Source of the DNA: Bacteroidota bacterium
GTDB lineage: Bacteria > Bacteroidota > Bacteroidia > Flavobacteriales > Flavobacteriaceae
Assembly: GCA_039798185.1 (NCBI GenBank)
Contig: JBDKGM010000020.1
Span: 3,138-67,137, forward strand
DNA length: 64,000 nucleotides
Reading direction: 5' to 3'
Positions 50,949 through 60,639 of this stretch are shown piece after piece. The notes under the pieces are model-generated. The model was not told where the DNA came from and did no database searches. It was given only the letters and a program-made list of their open reading frames with translations. How positions within the stretch are numbered: position 1 is the first letter of the stretch; each line of letters starts with the position of its first letter. The position numbers and the translations under genes are program-made.

Positions 50949-51599
50949 CTATTTTTTTCGCCAAAAAAACAAGATAGAACTCCATTCAATTTTTGAAACT
51001 GAAGCATACAAAAATAAAAACAAAACTACTAGCAATGTAAAGGGCAATAGCAAGATATTAAAAATCGCATCTTTGACTTTTTGAGCCAACGATTTTCCAT
51101 ATTTTTCATTGGTTTTTGTTTGAACAAATTCCCGTAATGAAGTGGCAATTTTTTGGATACCAATGGATTTAGTTGTGACATAACCCGGCTGGGGTTCGTA
51201 GTACATCATCCCATCGCTGAACGTATAAACCGGCAAATTGGACTGGGCACAATCGATGAAATAATAGAAAACCATTTCTTTCGGTTCTTCTTTAGGGAAA
51301 TAATAGGTTTCTAAAGATTCTACCGTTATTTTCTTTAAAAAACAAACGGGCTTTTGGATTCCTAAGTCATTATTTTTCAATGATTCAATCAGCGTTTGAT
51401 TCCACGTTTGTATCAATTCTACTGTAGTTGGCGAACTACCTAAAACATTGGAAAAAGCACCTGCATTTTTAAGAAATTCAATAAAATCATTTGGAAAGGG
51501 AACGTCCAAAATCGATTCCAAACGTTGAATTTCTTCGTTTGAAAAACCCTGATTGGGTGTCTGATTATCGTGAATCCAACGAAATGTAGCCATTCTCAA
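50949..51599 (-). CDS. SMI1/KNR4 (SUKH)-like protein with C-terminal hydrophobic helix
   Basis: GFSNEEIQRLESILDVPFPNDFIEFLKNAG, PVYTF, SLREFV, then ILLLPFTLLVVLFLFLY. Confidence 0.65.
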   Translation of the reverse strand: MRMATFRWIHDNQTPNQGFSNEEIQRLESILDVPFPNDFIEFLKNAGAFSNVLGSSPTTVELIQTWNQTLIESLKNNDLGIQKPVCFLKKITVESLETYYFPKEEPKEMVFYYFIDCAQSNLPVYTFSDGMMYYEPQPGYVTTKSIGIQKIATSLREFVQTKTNEKYGKSLAQKVKDAIFNILLLPFTLLVVLFLFLYASVSKIEWSSILFFWRKK

Positions 51600-51650
51600 A
51601 AATAAACAAACTTTTTGAAGTGAACTACAGATTACATTGAAACCGATATT

Positions 51651-52142
51651 TTATACCAAAACAACAATTAACGAGCCGTCATCAAAACCATTTTGCTCTT
51701 GAAGAACGGTATGCATGAAATACCATAAAAGTCCGTGAAATAAAACCGGTACCTCGTCATCGCATTTAATTTTGAGTCCGTTGCCTTTTGAGGTTACAGC
51801 CAAACCATATTCCAAAAATGAGATTCCATTATTTTCGATGATCCAAGTCACGATCGGACTATTTTTAAGACGGATTACATACGTTTCTTGAAGGTAGGTA
51901 AAAACCATCGAATTAAACCACCAATTTTTGGGTTTGAGATGCATAATTTCATGACCATTTTCATCCTGTACACAAAGTCTTGTTTTCCAAAAACCGGGTC
52001 GTGAAATAGTAAAATTTTGTGTTCCAATTTGAAAAGTTGCTGTTAGCGGCTTTCGTGGATTTGGAATTTGAAAATATCCAACCTCTTGCCCATTCATTAC
52101 GAACTTATTTCCGCTTGTTGTATGTTCCCATTGAATTTTCAT
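51651..52142 (-). CDS. Hypothetical beta-rich protein (possible tubby-C/LURP-one-like fold)
   Basis: Intact ORF of short beta strands with a terminal hydrophobic helix (LFHGLLWYFM); the fold call is tentative. Confidence 0.55.
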   Translation of the reverse strand: MKIQWEHTTSGNKFVMNGQEVGYFQIPNPRKPLTATFQIGTQNFTISRPGFWKTRLCVQDENGHEIMHLKPKNWWFNSMVFTYLQETYVIRLKNSPIVTWIIENNGISFLEYGLAVTSKGNGLKIKCDDEVPVLFHGLLWYFMHTVLQEQNGFDDGSLIVVLV

Positions 52143-52228
52143 AATTCTATTTTTTCAATGAGTCTTTACTAAATATGCGATGTTACATCAATTCACGTTA
52201 AGAAATGGTTACGCTTAACGCTCTATAT

Positions 52229-53023
52229 CTATCGTTCAATTATTTTCACCTCAACTCTCCGATTTGCGTCTTCTTCTTGGACATTTCGTTCGGGAATTTT
52301 GAAAATGGGTTGCGTGGCACCATAGCCTTTAAAACTCAAACGTTTCCGATCGATTTTATGTCCGATTAAATAATTATAAACGGCTTTGGCTCGTGCTTCT
52401 GAAATGTAAACGTATTTGTTTTCTGTATCACAACAAATATGGCCTTGAATTTCAATTTTTAGTGTCGGATTTTCTTCTAAAATACACAACAAATCCAACA
52501 ATATGGGTTCGGTATTGGGTACAAATTTTGCCGAATGATTCAGAAAATTAATATGCTCTAACTTGATTACATCCCCTTTTTTGGCCACTGCTATTTGTTG
52601 TTTTAAAGTGGCACCCAAGGGTTTAGGCAACGGAGTTTCTATAACAACAGGGACAACCTCTTCATAAATAAGTGTGACCCTACGGTTTTCTTCTTGCTTA
52701 GGTGATTGTTTGAAATCTTCACCAAATCCACGAATTTCAATATTCTTTTCAACTTGTATTTTTTGATTTAAAAGAAAAGCATACACTGTATTGACCCTTC
52801 GCATGGCTAAAGTATCATTATAGCGGTTGGTCCCTTTCCAATCACAAAAACCAAACAGTTTGGTAACTTTATAATTTTTCCCTTGAGAAATCCATGTATT
52901 AAGAGTCTGAATGGCCTGCGGATTCAAATCAAATCGATCAAAGTCAAAATAAATCTCCATTTTTTGTTGACCGTAACCCCATGATTGTAAGGCTAAAAAA
53001 AAGAGTACAACTAACTTTTTCAT
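52229..53023 (-). CDS. Exported protein with two OmpA_C-like domains (paralog 3)
   Basis: YFDFDRF...GFCD...N..LAMRRV...NRRV, then GHICC...SEARA...GYG...NRRVE. Confidence 0.88.
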   Translation of the reverse strand: MKKLVVLFFLALQSWGYGQQKMEIYFDFDRFDLNPQAIQTLNTWISQGKNYKVTKLFGFCDWKGTNRYNDTLAMRRVNTVYAFLLNQKIQVEKNIEIRGFGEDFKQSPKQEENRRVTLIYEEVVPVVIETPLPKPLGATLKQQIAVAKKGDVIKLEHINFLNHSAKFVPNTEPILLDLLCILEENPTLKIEIQGHICCDTENKYVYISEARAKAVYNYLIGHKIDRKRLSFKGYGATQPIFKIPERNVQEEDANRRVEVKIIER

Positions 53024-53874
53024 ATCGCATGTTTTATTAGAATTTCTACACGACGGTTGGCGGCTTTTTCCATTTCCGACTTTTCAGGAAGCGGAAAAAC
53101 GGGATTGGCACTACCAAATCCTTTATAGTCTAACCGTTTTGAATTGATGCCGTTTTGAGTGAGGTATTTGTAAATTTTGTGGGCTCTTCGTATCGACAAT
53201 TTAGTGTCGTTGGGATCAGGATTGCAACAAATATAGCCGTGAATTTCGATTTCCAATTTGGGAAAATTCAGCATCACTTCAAGCAATTTGTCCAATATGG
53301 GTTGTGACAGTGTTTCGATTTCATCACTGTTGAACACAAAGTTAAGATTTTTTATCTTGAAAACCGTACCTGCCTTGGATTGTGTGAGTTGGGATTCTAA
53401 TAGGTCGGCTTCGGCTTCGATTTGCTCCTCAGGGGTCAGGGATTCCTCAACCAATTTTTGTTGTGCCTCCTCTTTTTGAACACTCGGTTGAATAGTGATT
53501 TCCCAATTTTTAGGAAGGTATTCAATTAGCAAATCTACCCTTCGATTTTGAGCATGATTTGAAAATTCCAACTGCCGTTCGCCAATCACTTTTTGTACTG
53601 CATTTTCATGAGTTATCAAAAGTTGGTCAAGTTGATCGAGTACAGCGTTGATGCGTCGTTGTGCCAAGGCATCATTGTAGGAAACACTGCCACGAGCATC
53701 ACAATAGCCTCGAATTTCGAGTACTTTGTAATGCGCCAATTGGTAATTAACAACCAATTTCTTTACTTCACTTAAGGAAATCGAACTTTCATTCACCCCA
53801 AAATAGACCGAAAGGGTTTGCTGGGCGGATACAAAATTGGTTAGGAAGATAAGAATGAAAAGAGATTTGCGCAT
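53020..53874 (-). CDS. Exported protein with two OmpA_C-like domains (paralog 2)
   Basis: GYCD...YNDALAQRR...NRRV, then GYICC...LSIRRA...GFG...NRRVE. ATGA overlap with paralog 3. Confidence 0.88.
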   Translation of the reverse strand: MRKSLFILIFLTNFVSAQQTLSVYFGVNESSISLSEVKKLVVNYQLAHYKVLEIRGYCDARGSVSYNDALAQRRINAVLDQLDQLLITHENAVQKVIGERQLEFSNHAQNRRVDLLIEYLPKNWEITIQPSVQKEEAQQKLVEESLTPEEQIEAEADLLESQLTQSKAGTVFKIKNLNFVFNSDEIETLSQPILDKLLEVMLNFPKLEIEIHGYICCNPDPNDTKLSIRRAHKIYKYLTQNGINSKRLDYKGFGSANPVFPLPEKSEMEKAANRRVEILIKHAI

Positions 53875-54735
53875 TTACTTTTGAGTAATTAAGATTTCCA
53901 CACGTCGATTTTGAGCGGCTTCTTCTTCTGATTTTTCGGGGATGGGAAATTTGGGTTTGGAAACGCCAAAACCTTTGACTGAAATTCGTTCGGGGTTGAT
54001 GCCTTCGGAAACGAGAATCCGTTTAATTTGACGGGCACGATCGAGTGAAAGGTTTTTATAATCTTTACTCACACAACAAATGTGCCCTTGAATTTCGATA
54101 CATAACTTCGGATTATTGTACAATACATTCACCAATTGATCTACTGAATTTTTAGAAGAAGGCATTACGGCAAATGTGTTTACATAAAAATTGATGTCCT
54201 TTAATCGAATTAGGGTACCCACGCGCGCCAATTGAATTTTTTGTTCCAATGTGGCATTTTCAGGGAAGTTCATTGCTTCTTCCTCGATCACTTGTGGTTC
54301 GGTAGGCTTTTCGGGCTCGACCGGTTTAATTCCTAAAATTTCATTTTCCCGAGCAAAATCCTTAGGTTCAATATATAAAATGGTGGCCCGACGATTTTCC
54401 GCTTTATTTTTGGATTGGGTAAAATTTTCTCCAAAACTATGCGCTTTGTAATCCTCTCGAGTTGCCACTTTTCCTTGCACTTGTTTGAAAATAAAATCGA
54501 CTCGCTTTCGCGAAAGCGTATCATTATAACCACTCGAACCGTCTTCATCGGTATACCCTTGAATGGCTAGAATTTTTACTTCTTTGTGAGTTTGAATCCA
54601 TTGTTGCAGCTTTTGGGATTCTTTGGGATTGGTTTCAAATTTCCCACTATCAAAAAAGACTACAAATTGTTCTTGCGCTTGTAAAGAGATTCCGCAAAGA
54701 AATCCGATAAGGAGTAAAAGTTTTCGCATGTTCAT
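53875..54735 (-). CDS. Exported protein with two OmpA_C-like domains (paralog 1)
   Basis: GYTD...YNDTLSRKR...NRRA, then GHICC...LSLDRA...GFG...NRRVE. Its stop abuts the ATG of paralog 2. Confidence 0.88.
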   Translation of the reverse strand: MNMRKLLLLIGFLCGISLQAQEQFVVFFDSGKFETNPKESQKLQQWIQTHKEVKILAIQGYTDEDGSSGYNDTLSRKRVDFIFKQVQGKVATREDYKAHSFGENFTQSKNKAENRRATILYIEPKDFARENEILGIKPVEPEKPTEPQVIEEEAMNFPENATLEQKIQLARVGTLIRLKDINFYVNTFAVMPSSKNSVDQLVNVLYNNPKLCIEIQGHICCVSKDYKNLSLDRARQIKRILVSEGINPERISVKGFGVSKPKFPIPEKSEEEAAQNRRVEILITQK

Positions 54736-54771
54736 ATAACGAATATAGGGAAATTTTAGTGTCTTGAAATA

Positions 54772-54800
54772 AAAAAACCCGCTATTACTAACGGGCTTTT
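54772..54800 (-). terminator. Terminator after GSIII
   Basis: AAAAAAACCCG-ctattactaa-CGGGCTTTT. Confidence 0.7.
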
Positions 54801-54820
54801 GAAACTATTTAAGGAATAAA

Positions 54821-57010
54821 TTATCGTGTAAATAACAATTCGCGGTATTTTGTCAATGTCCACATTTCGTCATCTACTAACAACTCTAATTTGTCACAAT
54901 GTTCGCGAATGATATCAAAAAACGGTTTCACTTTATCACAATATGCTTCGGCTTGTTTTTCGGCAGTAGCTAAGTTGTTTGCTTTTTTACGTTCTTCGAT
55001 CATGGCATCCACATTACTGTTGATCCCTTCGATATGTGAAGAAATTTCTTTGATTAAGGAAATTTGCTCTTTGGCAATTTTCTCAAAGTCTTTACCGAAG
55101 ATTTCTTTTAAACCACATACATTTTCAATTAAAGTATTCTGGTAACGAATTGCCGTTGGAATCACGTGATTACGAGCGATATCGCCTAATACACGGCCTT
55201 CGATTTGGATTTTCTTTGTATATTCTTCCAACTCGATTTCATAACGCGCTTCCACTTCTACATGGTTCATGATGCTTAATTCTTCAAACAACTTCACCGC
55301 TTCTTTAGAAACTTTCGCTTTTAAAGCTTTTGGCGTAGTTTTGTGGTTACTTAAACCGCGTTTTTTCGCTTCTTTTTCCCAAGCTTCACTATAACCGTCT
55401 CCTTCGAAAAGAATGTTTTTGGTTTCCTTAATATATTCACGCAATACATTGAAAATCGCTTCATCTTTCTTCAAGCCTTTTTTCTCAATTAAAGCATCTA
55501 CTTCAACTTTAAAATCTTTCAATTGTTTTGCTACAATAGAATTTAATGTTGTCATCGCATTGGCACAGTTGGCCGAAGAACCTACAGCACGGAATTCAAA
55601 TTTATTTCCTGTGAAAGCAAAAGGCGAAGTACGGTTACGATCGGTGTTGTCCAACAATACATCTGGAATTTTACCAACCACATTCAATTTTAAATCCGTT
55701 TTCTCTTCTGGAGAAAGTTTTCCATTAGTTACTCCTTCTAATTCCGCTAAAACTTTGGTCAATTGTTGACCAATAAATACCGAAATGATGGCTGGTGGTG
55801 CTTCATTGGCACCCAAACGATGGTCATTACTTGCGGAAGCTATCGATGCACGCAACAATTCTTCATAACGGTAAACCGCTTTAATGGAATTAATGAAAAA
55901 CGTTAAGAACTGTAAGTTACTCATTGGCGTTTTTCCAGGCGCTAACAAGTTTATTCCCGTATCTGTTGCCAAGGACCAGTTGTTATGTTTTCCAGAACCG
56001 TTCACTCCTTTAAAAGGTTTTTCGTGCATCAAGACTTTGAAATCGTGACGCTCTGCAACTTTGTACATCACATCCATCAACAAAGAATTGTGGTCAACCG
56101 CTAAATTGGTTTCTTCAAAAATTGGAGCCAATTCAAATTGATTGGGAGCTACCTCATTATGACGGGTTTTTACAGGAATTCCTAACAACATACATTCGTT
56201 TTCCAAATCACGCATATAATTCAAAACGCGAGTTGGGATCGAACCAAAATAATGGTCTTCCAATTGTTGTCCTTTGGCAGAAGTATGTCCTAACAAGGTT
56301 CTTCCCGTTAGTGTAATATCGGGACGTGAAGCTGCCAAAGCGGAATCCACTAAAAAATATTCTTGCTCCCAACCTAAGGTAGGAGTTACTTTTTTTACAT
56401 TTTTATCAAAATATTTAGCTACTTCTGTAGCCGCTTCATCAATGGCGCTTAAGGCTCTCAATAAAGGTGTTTTATTGTCTAAAGCTTCACCGGTATAAGA
56501 AACAAATACTGTAGGAATACACAACGTTGTTCCGTAGATAAATGCTGGAGATGTTGGATCCCATGCCGTATAACCACGTGCTTCAAAGGTATTACGGATT
56601 CCTCCATTTGGGAATGAAGAAGCATCGGGTTCTTGTTGTACCAACTGACTTCCACCAAACTTTTCTACAGGATCACTTCCGTCGAATGAAGTTTCAAAAA
56701 AGGCATCATGTTTTTCAGCAGTTGTTCCTGTCAACGGTTGGAACCAGTGGGTATAATGGGTAACTCCTTTTGTTAAGGCCCACTCTTTCATGCCCATTGC
56801 GATATAATCGGCTAATTTACGATCGATTTTTGTGCCGTACTGAACCGCTCCTTTCACGGCTTTATAAGCTTCTGGCGTCAAAAACTGGCGCATCGCTTTA
56901 TCGTTGAATACATTGGAACCGAAAATAGCCGACTTTTTATCGAGCTCGTCCACTTTTACCGGCTTACGGTTACCGGCTGCTTGTAATGCTTGAAAACGCA
57001 ATGTTGACAT
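54821..57010 (-). CDS. glnA: Glutamine synthetase type III
   Basis: 729 aa; HWFQPLTG.TAEKHD, QEPDASSFPNGG.RNTFEARGY, HNEVAPNQFE, NGSGKHNNW, NRTSPFAFTGNKFEFR. Confidence 0.96.
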   Translation of the reverse strand: MSTLRFQALQAAGNRKPVKVDELDKKSAIFGSNVFNDKAMRQFLTPEAYKAVKGAVQYGTKIDRKLADYIAMGMKEWALTKGVTHYTHWFQPLTGTTAEKHDAFFETSFDGSDPVEKFGGSQLVQQEPDASSFPNGGIRNTFEARGYTAWDPTSPAFIYGTTLCIPTVFVSYTGEALDNKTPLLRALSAIDEAATEVAKYFDKNVKKVTPTLGWEQEYFLVDSALAASRPDITLTGRTLLGHTSAKGQQLEDHYFGSIPTRVLNYMRDLENECMLLGIPVKTRHNEVAPNQFELAPIFEETNLAVDHNSLLMDVMYKVAERHDFKVLMHEKPFKGVNGSGKHNNWSLATDTGINLLAPGKTPMSNLQFLTFFINSIKAVYRYEELLRASIASASNDHRLGANEAPPAIISVFIGQQLTKVLAELEGVTNGKLSPEEKTDLKLNVVGKIPDVLLDNTDRNRTSPFAFTGNKFEFRAVGSSANCANAMTTLNSIVAKQLKDFKVEVDALIEKKGLKKDEAIFNVLREYIKETKNILFEGDGYSEAWEKEAKKRGLSNHKTTPKALKAKVSKEAVKLFEELSIMNHVEVEARYEIELEEYTKKIQIEGRVLGDIARNHVIPTAIRYQNTLIENVCGLKEIFGKDFEKIAKEQISLIKEISSHIEGINSNVDAMIEERKKANNLATAEKQAEAYCDKVKPFFDIIREHCDKLELLVDDEMWTLTKYRELLFTR

Positions 57011-57029
57011 AAAATGTGTTTTAAAATAG

Positions 57030-57105
57030 TTATACCCTAAATTTTATGATGCAAATATAACAATATTTGGATTAATTTTTATTTATACCCTATTTTTTTA
57101 GGGGT
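57030..57105. promoter_or_regulatory. GSIII promoter flanked by repeated TTATACCCTA boxes (candidate operator)
   Basis: -7 element TATATTTG on the minus strand at 57052-57059; TTATACCCTA at 57030-39 and 57083-92; inverted TAGGGGT at 57099-57105. Confidence 0.5.
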
Positions 57106-57191
57106 CATTTTACGATTTATTAATATTGAAATAAAAATAGTTCGATTTTTGGAGGGATAGGGAAAGAATTATCTTTGTAAAAAAATCAAAC

Positions 57192-58166
57192 ATGACCGTC
57201 TGGATACTTTTTTTCGTTTTAGTCATTGGAATCCTAGCTTTAGATTTGGGAGTATTTAACAAAACGCCTCATATTATTAGTTCCAAAGAAGCTGGGAAAT
57301 GGACCGCGCTTTGGGCTACATTAGCATTTGTATTTTCAGGAGTCATTTATTGGCTATACGGCACCGATTATATTGGCAATCCAACAGATCTTTCACAGTC
57401 GACAGCCGCCATGAAGTTTATCACTGGGTATTTAATTGAAGTATCCTTGAGTATAGATAACATCTTTGTGATTGCTGTCATTTTTGCATCTTTTAAAATT
57501 CCACAGAAATACCAACATCGCGTTTTATTCTGGGGCATATTGGGTGCCATTGTATTTCGAGGTTTAATGATTGGATTTGGTGTTACAATCATCCATCAAT
57601 TTGCTTGGACTACCTATGTTTTTGGCGGATTCTTGATCTTTACGGCTTTTAAAATGTTATTTTCAAAAGATGAAAATGAGTTTGACCCTAAACATTCTAC
57701 CGTTTATAAACTTATTGGAAAAATTATCCCAATCACTTCTGAACACGACAAAGAACGTTTCTTCATCACAGCACACAATGGCAAGAAAGCCGCGACTCCT
57801 CTGTTTGTGGCTTTAATGATTATTGAAGTCATGGATGTTTTGTTTGCAGTTGATAGTGTTCCCGCAATTCTCTCGATCACATCGGATCCATTTTTAGTAT
57901 TTAGTTCGAATATTTTTGCCATACTCGGCTTGCGTTCAATGTACTTTTTCTTAGCCAATATGTTAGAAAAATTCAGTCATTTGGAATACAGTTTAATCAT
58001 CATTTTGACTTTTGTAGGGGTTAAAATGATTGCACACGATTACATTCATATTCCAGAGTGGATTTCTTTATGTTTTATTGTAGCCTGTCTTTTAGGTGGC
58101 GTTGTTTTTTCCTTATGGATTTCAAAAAAAGAAGAGCAAAAGCATCCTTCGCGCGATGAGGAATAA
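57192..58166 (+). CDS. TerC/Alx family membrane protein
   Basis: LALDLGVF, GYLIEVSLSIDNIFV, QHRVLFWGILGA, DVLFAVDSVPA, GLRSMYF. -7 element TATCTTTG at 57170-57177. Confidence 0.92.
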   Translation: MTVWILFFVLVIGILALDLGVFNKTPHIISSKEAGKWTALWATLAFVFSGVIYWLYGTDYIGNPTDLSQSTAAMKFITGYLIEVSLSIDNIFVIAVIFASFKIPQKYQHRVLFWGILGAIVFRGLMIGFGVTIIHQFAWTTYVFGGFLIFTAFKMLFSKDENEFDPKHSTVYKLIGKIIPITSEHDKERFFITAHNGKKAATPLFVALMIIEVMDVLFAVDSVPAILSITSDPFLVFSSNIFAILGLRSMYFFLANMLEKFSHLEYSLIIILTFVGVKMIAHDYIHIPEWISLCFIVACLLGGVVFSLWISKKEEQKHPSRDEE

Positions 58167-58196
58167 AAAAAGGTCATCTTTGCAGACGACCTTTAC
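58165..58196. terminator. Bidirectional terminator
   Basis: AAAAAGGTC-atctttgcagac-GACCTTT. Confidence 0.65.
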
Positions 58197-58239
58197 CTAA
58201 CCAAACAAACTACAGATTATTAATTAACCTCTATTTTTT

Positions 58240-58752
58240 TTAAAACAACTTCTGAACGGTGGGTTTTCCAAAAGTTGCCACTACATGTTCATAATCTTGA
58301 TAAGCACTTTTATCTTTAGAAGGTGCATGTTTTGCGAAATATCCTGGAACAATTACTATTCTAAAGACTTGATTTGTGCGGTAATTTGGAGAAACACCTG
58401 CCAAATCAAATCCGTGCATGAATAGATTAACATCGTATTGTGTAAAATCAAAATCATATCCAAAATCTAAAGTTCCATCAGGGAAATAATAGGTTTCGGG
58501 TTGTAATTTCCAAACATCCGTTCCAGAAACTACTCCAGACAAACGGTAGACTAAAACCATATCTGAACTGTAAATTACATGAGGCAATGTAACTAATGAA
58601 CTGAAGTTATTCCCTGTACTAAATGAACGAGTCACTTCATATACTTCACTGATGGTATCATTATCTACGGTATTGTCTCTAACTTCATTGACCGTACAAC
58701 TTTGTAAGCTTATCATCCCGATAAAGGCAAACAATAAAGTAATTTTTCTCAT
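58240..58752 (-). CDS. Hypothetical lipoprotein
   Basis: Lipobox LQSC-TVNE followed by a beta-rich body. Confidence 0.7.
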   Translation of the reverse strand: MRKITLLFAFIGMISLQSCTVNEVRDNTVDNDTISEVYEVTRSFSTGNNFSSLVTLPHVIYSSDMVLVYRLSGVVSGTDVWKLQPETYYFPDGTLDFGYDFDFTQYDVNLFMHGFDLAGVSPNYRTNQVFRIVIVPGYFAKHAPSKDKSAYQDYEHVVATFGKPTVQKLF

Positions 58753-58799
58753 AGAATTGCATTTTTAAAAGATTCAACGATTGATGATATTTTGGAAAT

Positions 58800-58816
58800 A
58801 CCAATAGTCGTGCCAA
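58800..58816 (-). promoter_or_regulatory. Candidate sigma-54 (-24/-12) promoter of the lipoprotein gene
   Basis: Minus strand TTGGCACGACTATTGGT versus consensus TGGCACG-N4-TTGC. Confidence 0.55.
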
Positions 58817-58876
58817 AAAAACAATTTAGATGAAATAAAAATTAAATACGTCTGAAAATTAGCGACTTACACGACA

Positions 58877-58909
58877 AAAAAAGCTCCGATTCCTCGGAGC
58901 CTTTTTTTA
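58877..58909 (-). terminator. Terminator after the PKD/T9SS gene
   Basis: AAAAAAGCTCCGA-ttcc-TCGGAGCCTTTTTT. Confidence 0.8.
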
Positions 58910-60478
58910 TTGTTTTATGATTTTCTTTTGAAGTAATCCTTGATTTGTTTTAATTTTTAAAATATAAATACCAGAAGCTAGTCCTGTGAGATCAGCTGTT
59001 GTTGCGACTCTTTTCCCTACTAAATCATAAATAGCTAATGACTGAATGGATTCTTCTGGAATGCCTAAAATAACAAATTGCCCGTCGGTAGGATTGGGGA
59101 CCAATTTTATTTGATTGGAATCAAACACTGTAGCATTTAACATTGTAAATGCATAACAATCAGAAATAGAAACACAACCATTTGTCGTTAATTGTACGGC
59201 ATAATTCCCAGGGCCTTGTGGAGTAAATACTTGTGTATTCGCACCCGCTACAGGAGCATTGTTATTATCACAATCCAACCATTGGTAAGTAGTTCCCGCT
59301 GTGGATCGAACTGCCGTTAAATCTGTGGCTGTAACCGTTACTTCATTGGTAAAAATATTTTGAGAATCGGTTATTGTAATGGGTAAAGTAATGGTCTCAA
59401 TTTGATCGGGATCACAAAATTGATTCGTAATTGTCAAAGTCACCATTTTTACACCAGGACATGTATACGTGTGATTCGGACTCTTTATACTGCTATGAGG
59501 TGTGCCATCCCCAAAATCCCAATCGGATACATCATAATTGGAACTGGTATTGATAAAATTAACCACAGCTCCAGGTGTGGCTGGATTGTAATCGGGTTGT
59601 ATTGGATAATACACAAAACTAGCTTGTGGTGTCAAACAGCGTTGATAATCCATAAAGGTTACAGAAGTAGGCGTCCAAACATTGTTGACCAAGTTGCCTG
59701 TTGCATCTAAAACGGGTATTTTATAAGCAGGATCAAACCATTGATAGGAAACTGTTGTTTGCGATGTTGTTTGTGGAGTTCCGTTGTAGGTTATCGTTGT
59801 GTTTTGAACCAAAGTTGATTTCAATTTTAACACATTTGAAAAAGTACCAAAGGGAGTTACGAGTGTCCCCCACCCTTCAACTAAATTGGTACGTTGTCCA
59901 GTTGAAACGATTTGTACAGGTACACCCAAAGCTGTTAAATCCGTATTGATGGCAAAGGGATTTGTTGCTGTAGTTCCAAAAGTCATTGGAAATTGATAGA
60001 TATCATCGGGATCAGTATACGAAACCACTAATGGCAAGGTTGAACCATTTACAGTAACTTGAGCACCAATCATTTTATTTTGAAGTCCAGAAGTTGATTT
60101 ATTCAAATGATCAACAACATTGGTTAACCCCATTCCTTGAATTACCAATCCTTCCGTTAATTGGGTAGCTAAATTGAAATTGTTGTTAAACTGCGTATTA
60201 CAATTGAATAAATAAAAGTTCAACAAACACCATGTCGTTTTGTAGCCACTATTATTGGGATTACTCCAAGCTCTTGTATCCTGCGTATTTGGCACTAAAG
60301 TACTGTAATCCCATGCATAATTAGGTCCTGTAACCGTGTAATCCAATTGCAATGCCGCGGGTGTGGGTGTAGTAATAAAAAAGGAATCCCCCACAGAGGC
60401 AAAATTTGAAGCAGTATACGTAGACTGTCCAAAAGCGTTTAGATAAAGGCAAAATAATAACAGCGTAATTTTATTCAT
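58907..60478 (-). CDS. T9SS-secreted protein with PKD domain
   Basis: Start moved to MNKITLL; PKD motif FINTSS...WDFGDG...PNHTY; tail VPNPTDG...SGIYILKI...KKIIKQ. Confidence 0.85.
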   Translation of the reverse strand: MNKITLLLFCLYLNAFGQSTYTASNFASVGDSFFITTPTPAALQLDYTVTGPNYAWDYSTLVPNTQDTRAWSNPNNSGYKTTWCLLNFYLFNCNTQFNNNFNLATQLTEGLVIQGMGLTNVVDHLNKSTSGLQNKMIGAQVTVNGSTLPLVVSYTDPDDIYQFPMTFGTTATNPFAINTDLTALGVPVQIVSTGQRTNLVEGWGTLVTPFGTFSNVLKLKSTLVQNTTITYNGTPQTTSQTTVSYQWFDPAYKIPVLDATGNLVNNVWTPTSVTFMDYQRCLTPQASFVYYPIQPDYNPATPGAVVNFINTSSNYDVSDWDFGDGTPHSSIKSPNHTYTCPGVKMVTLTITNQFCDPDQIETITLPITITDSQNIFTNEVTVTATDLTAVRSTAGTTYQWLDCDNNNAPVAGANTQVFTPQGPGNYAVQLTTNGCVSISDCYAFTMLNATVFDSNQIKLVPNPTDGQFVILGIPEESIQSLAIYDLVGKRVATTADLTGLASGIYILKIKTNQGLLQKKIIKQ

Positions 60479-60639
60479 AATTTTATACTTTGCCCAAAGA
60501 TATAAAACCTTTTCAATTCGCAAAAATTCTACATAACTCACTGAAAGTAAAGTAATTCCTACGAAGCCACATGACAATTATCATTTCTAGCCTGAAAAAA
60601 GCCATCTACTTTTACATCATAAACATTAGGTAGCAAAAA

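Noticed and set aside
57100-57191. yybP-ykoY (Mn) riboswitch upstream of terC/alx
   Set aside because: The -7 element is only 14 nt from the ATG, leaving no room for an aptamer.
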